From Sminthopsis crassicaudata (taxonomy: Eukaryota), in NCBI RefSeq assembly GCF_048593235.1, contig NC_133622.1, positions 27,466,001 to 27,530,000 on the forward strand: a stretch of DNA of 64,000 bases. The letters run 5' to 3'. Under the pieces are notes generated by a model. The model saw only the letters and a list, made by a program, of their open reading frames with translations, did no database searches and was not told the DNA's origin. Positions 62,320-64,000 of this stretch are shown piece by piece (position 1 is the first letter of the stretch; every line of letters begins with the position of its first letter). A program made the translations under genes and the position numbers.

Positions 62320-62535
62320 TTAATGGATCATATGCTTCATTTGAAGTTAGGAAAACACAAGTTCAAATCTGATCTCAAATACTCACTGGCTGTATGATCC
62401 TGAACAGAGCATTTAACCTCTGTGTGTCTTTCTCTATTGATGAAGGAAATATCAGACTACTCTAATATCTTTGCCAAGACAGCCCCAAATGGGCTTATAA
62501 AGAGTGGGGCATGACTGAATGGCTAAACAGCAATC
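62320..62535 (+). mobile_element. MAR1-type SINE
   Basis: aagttcaaatctg..ctgtatgatcctgaacag..ctctaatatctttgccaagacagccccaaatggg..catgactgaatggctaaacagcaa. Confidence 0.75.
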
Positions 62536-63289
62536 AAAGACTCAAATATCTCTTGTTTGGTCATCTTACCTTATCCAATGGATTTGATAGAAAAAAATTT
62601 CCATGCTTCCCAAATTTGCTTATGACCTTACTTAATTGTGCTTCCTTTAATTATGTTCAAGACCTATCTGAAGTTCCTAAAGCTTTATTTCTTGGCCAAA
62701 TTGAAATACACTACCTTTTTTCCTGAAAAAAAAAGTTTTTGTTGACTTTTTTTTGCAATGCAGTTCATTTCATTATATGGAAAATTTGCATGATAAGCCA
62801 GGTTTTGATGAAAAGAATCATCTATGGATCATGGCAGGCCTATCTGGAAATAACTTCTTGAAAGATTGAAGAGAAATGAAGAGAGATGACTAGAAGCAAA
62901 TGTGACATTATACAATTTTCTTGAGGGGATTCTTGGGTTTATCAGTCACTCCTGAGGGGGACATCTTCATAAAAATGTATAACCTTGAGGTGAACATTGC
63001 AATAAAAGAGTTACAGGGCACTTGTACTACAACCAAATGAACCATGCTAACATGTTTGACAACTCATCTCCTGAGAAAAAGGCAAACAATGCCAGAAGGG
63101 ATGATCGATAGAAGCCTGGGCTTTCTTGCTTAATTAACTTTGACTGGGATGCTCTCCCTTCCTTACCTCTCTATTTACCATTCTACCACTGGGAATTTCT
63201 AGCTCCATTCAAGGTAAAATGTATGTATCATCTCTAAAATAAGACCTGTTCTAATCTTTCCCACTCCCTTCCCCAAATGCTAACATTGG

Positions 63290-63465
63290 TCTTCCCCATT
63301 CAGTTCTTTGTATATTGTTATTTGTATGTGTATTTCTTGTTTTCTTCCAATAAAATTCAAGGTCTTTGAAGACAGATCCCATTCTCATTCTTGTTTTTGT
63401 CTTTCTGGAACCTAACAGTGCAAAGTCAGTGATTAGTAAAGTTCTGCTGAATTGAATTGAACTAA
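63290..63465 (+). mobile_element. L2 3' end
   Basis: aattcaaggtctttgaagacag..tttgtctttctggaacctaacagtg..tagtaaagttctgctgaattgaattgaa. Confidence 0.6.
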
Positions 63466-64000
63466 TCCCTGGGTTAAGCAAAAATAGGGAATAGAATGAA
63501 TTTAAAGAATTAACTTATTTTTGACCAGGCTTCTGAATTATATGTTAGGATAGGAAGAAAGAAATGATCATCTCTACCATGGACCAAGTCATTTTATAAG
63601 GAAGAGTACTGATTCTGTAGTTTTTTTTATAAATCAACAGCAAAAATTAATCTCTCAGAATATCTTTAATGATGACTTTGCAAAAACCCCTTTGGCAGTC
63701 AAAATTGGTGAACAGTAATGTACAATTTCAGAATGTGTGTGGAGTATTCCACTCTTCATGACATTATGGTAGAACTGTTCATTATTATCCTAGAAAGAAA
63801 AGATCTCTAATAATTAGGATTGTTTAACTGTTAAAAGGAAAGCTTTCTTTGTTCAACATTTTTAAACACACATATACACACAAAAACACAAACACACAAA
63901 CACACACACTAACCCTTTAGATTATATTACTTGTCCCTACTCAAAAACTATTATTAGAAAGAAAAAACCTAGATGTCTCAACTTGGCATGGAACTCTCAT

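Noticed and set aside
1-64000. Prokaryotic systems (CRISPR arrays, operons, rRNA or tRNA genes)
   Set aside because: Sequence is mammalian nuclear DNA; no regularly spaced direct repeats, and tRNA-like A/B boxes all belong to SINE heads

Overview
AT-rich, CpG-depleted, repeat-dense eukaryotic DNA with five N gaps. The repeat content is typical of a marsupial: WSINE1/MAR1/MIR-type SINEs, marsupial L1, RTE and BovB-clade LINEs, L2 and CR1/L3. The young L1 3' ends suggest a dasyurid such as the Tasmanian devil (inference). I recognise no intact host protein-coding gene, RNA gene or prokaryotic feature; the ORF-track entries with recognisable similarity are decayed L1 or RTE/BovB fragments. Highlights: a ~66-bp nuclear copy of mitochondrial ND4L (43253-43318); two CpG-retaining, motif-dense islands (19.4-19.8 kb and 52.85-53.4 kb) that look like cis-regulatory elements; a perfect 91-bp tandem duplication beside the first island; a decayed BovB; a head-to-head L1 inversion; three L1 insertions with clear target-site duplications; and a speculative set of minus-strand exon-like segments. 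I found no convincing novel multi-gene system. Repeat boundaries are approximate (tens of bp) unless a TSD is given, and family names come from remembered consensus sequences, not a database search.
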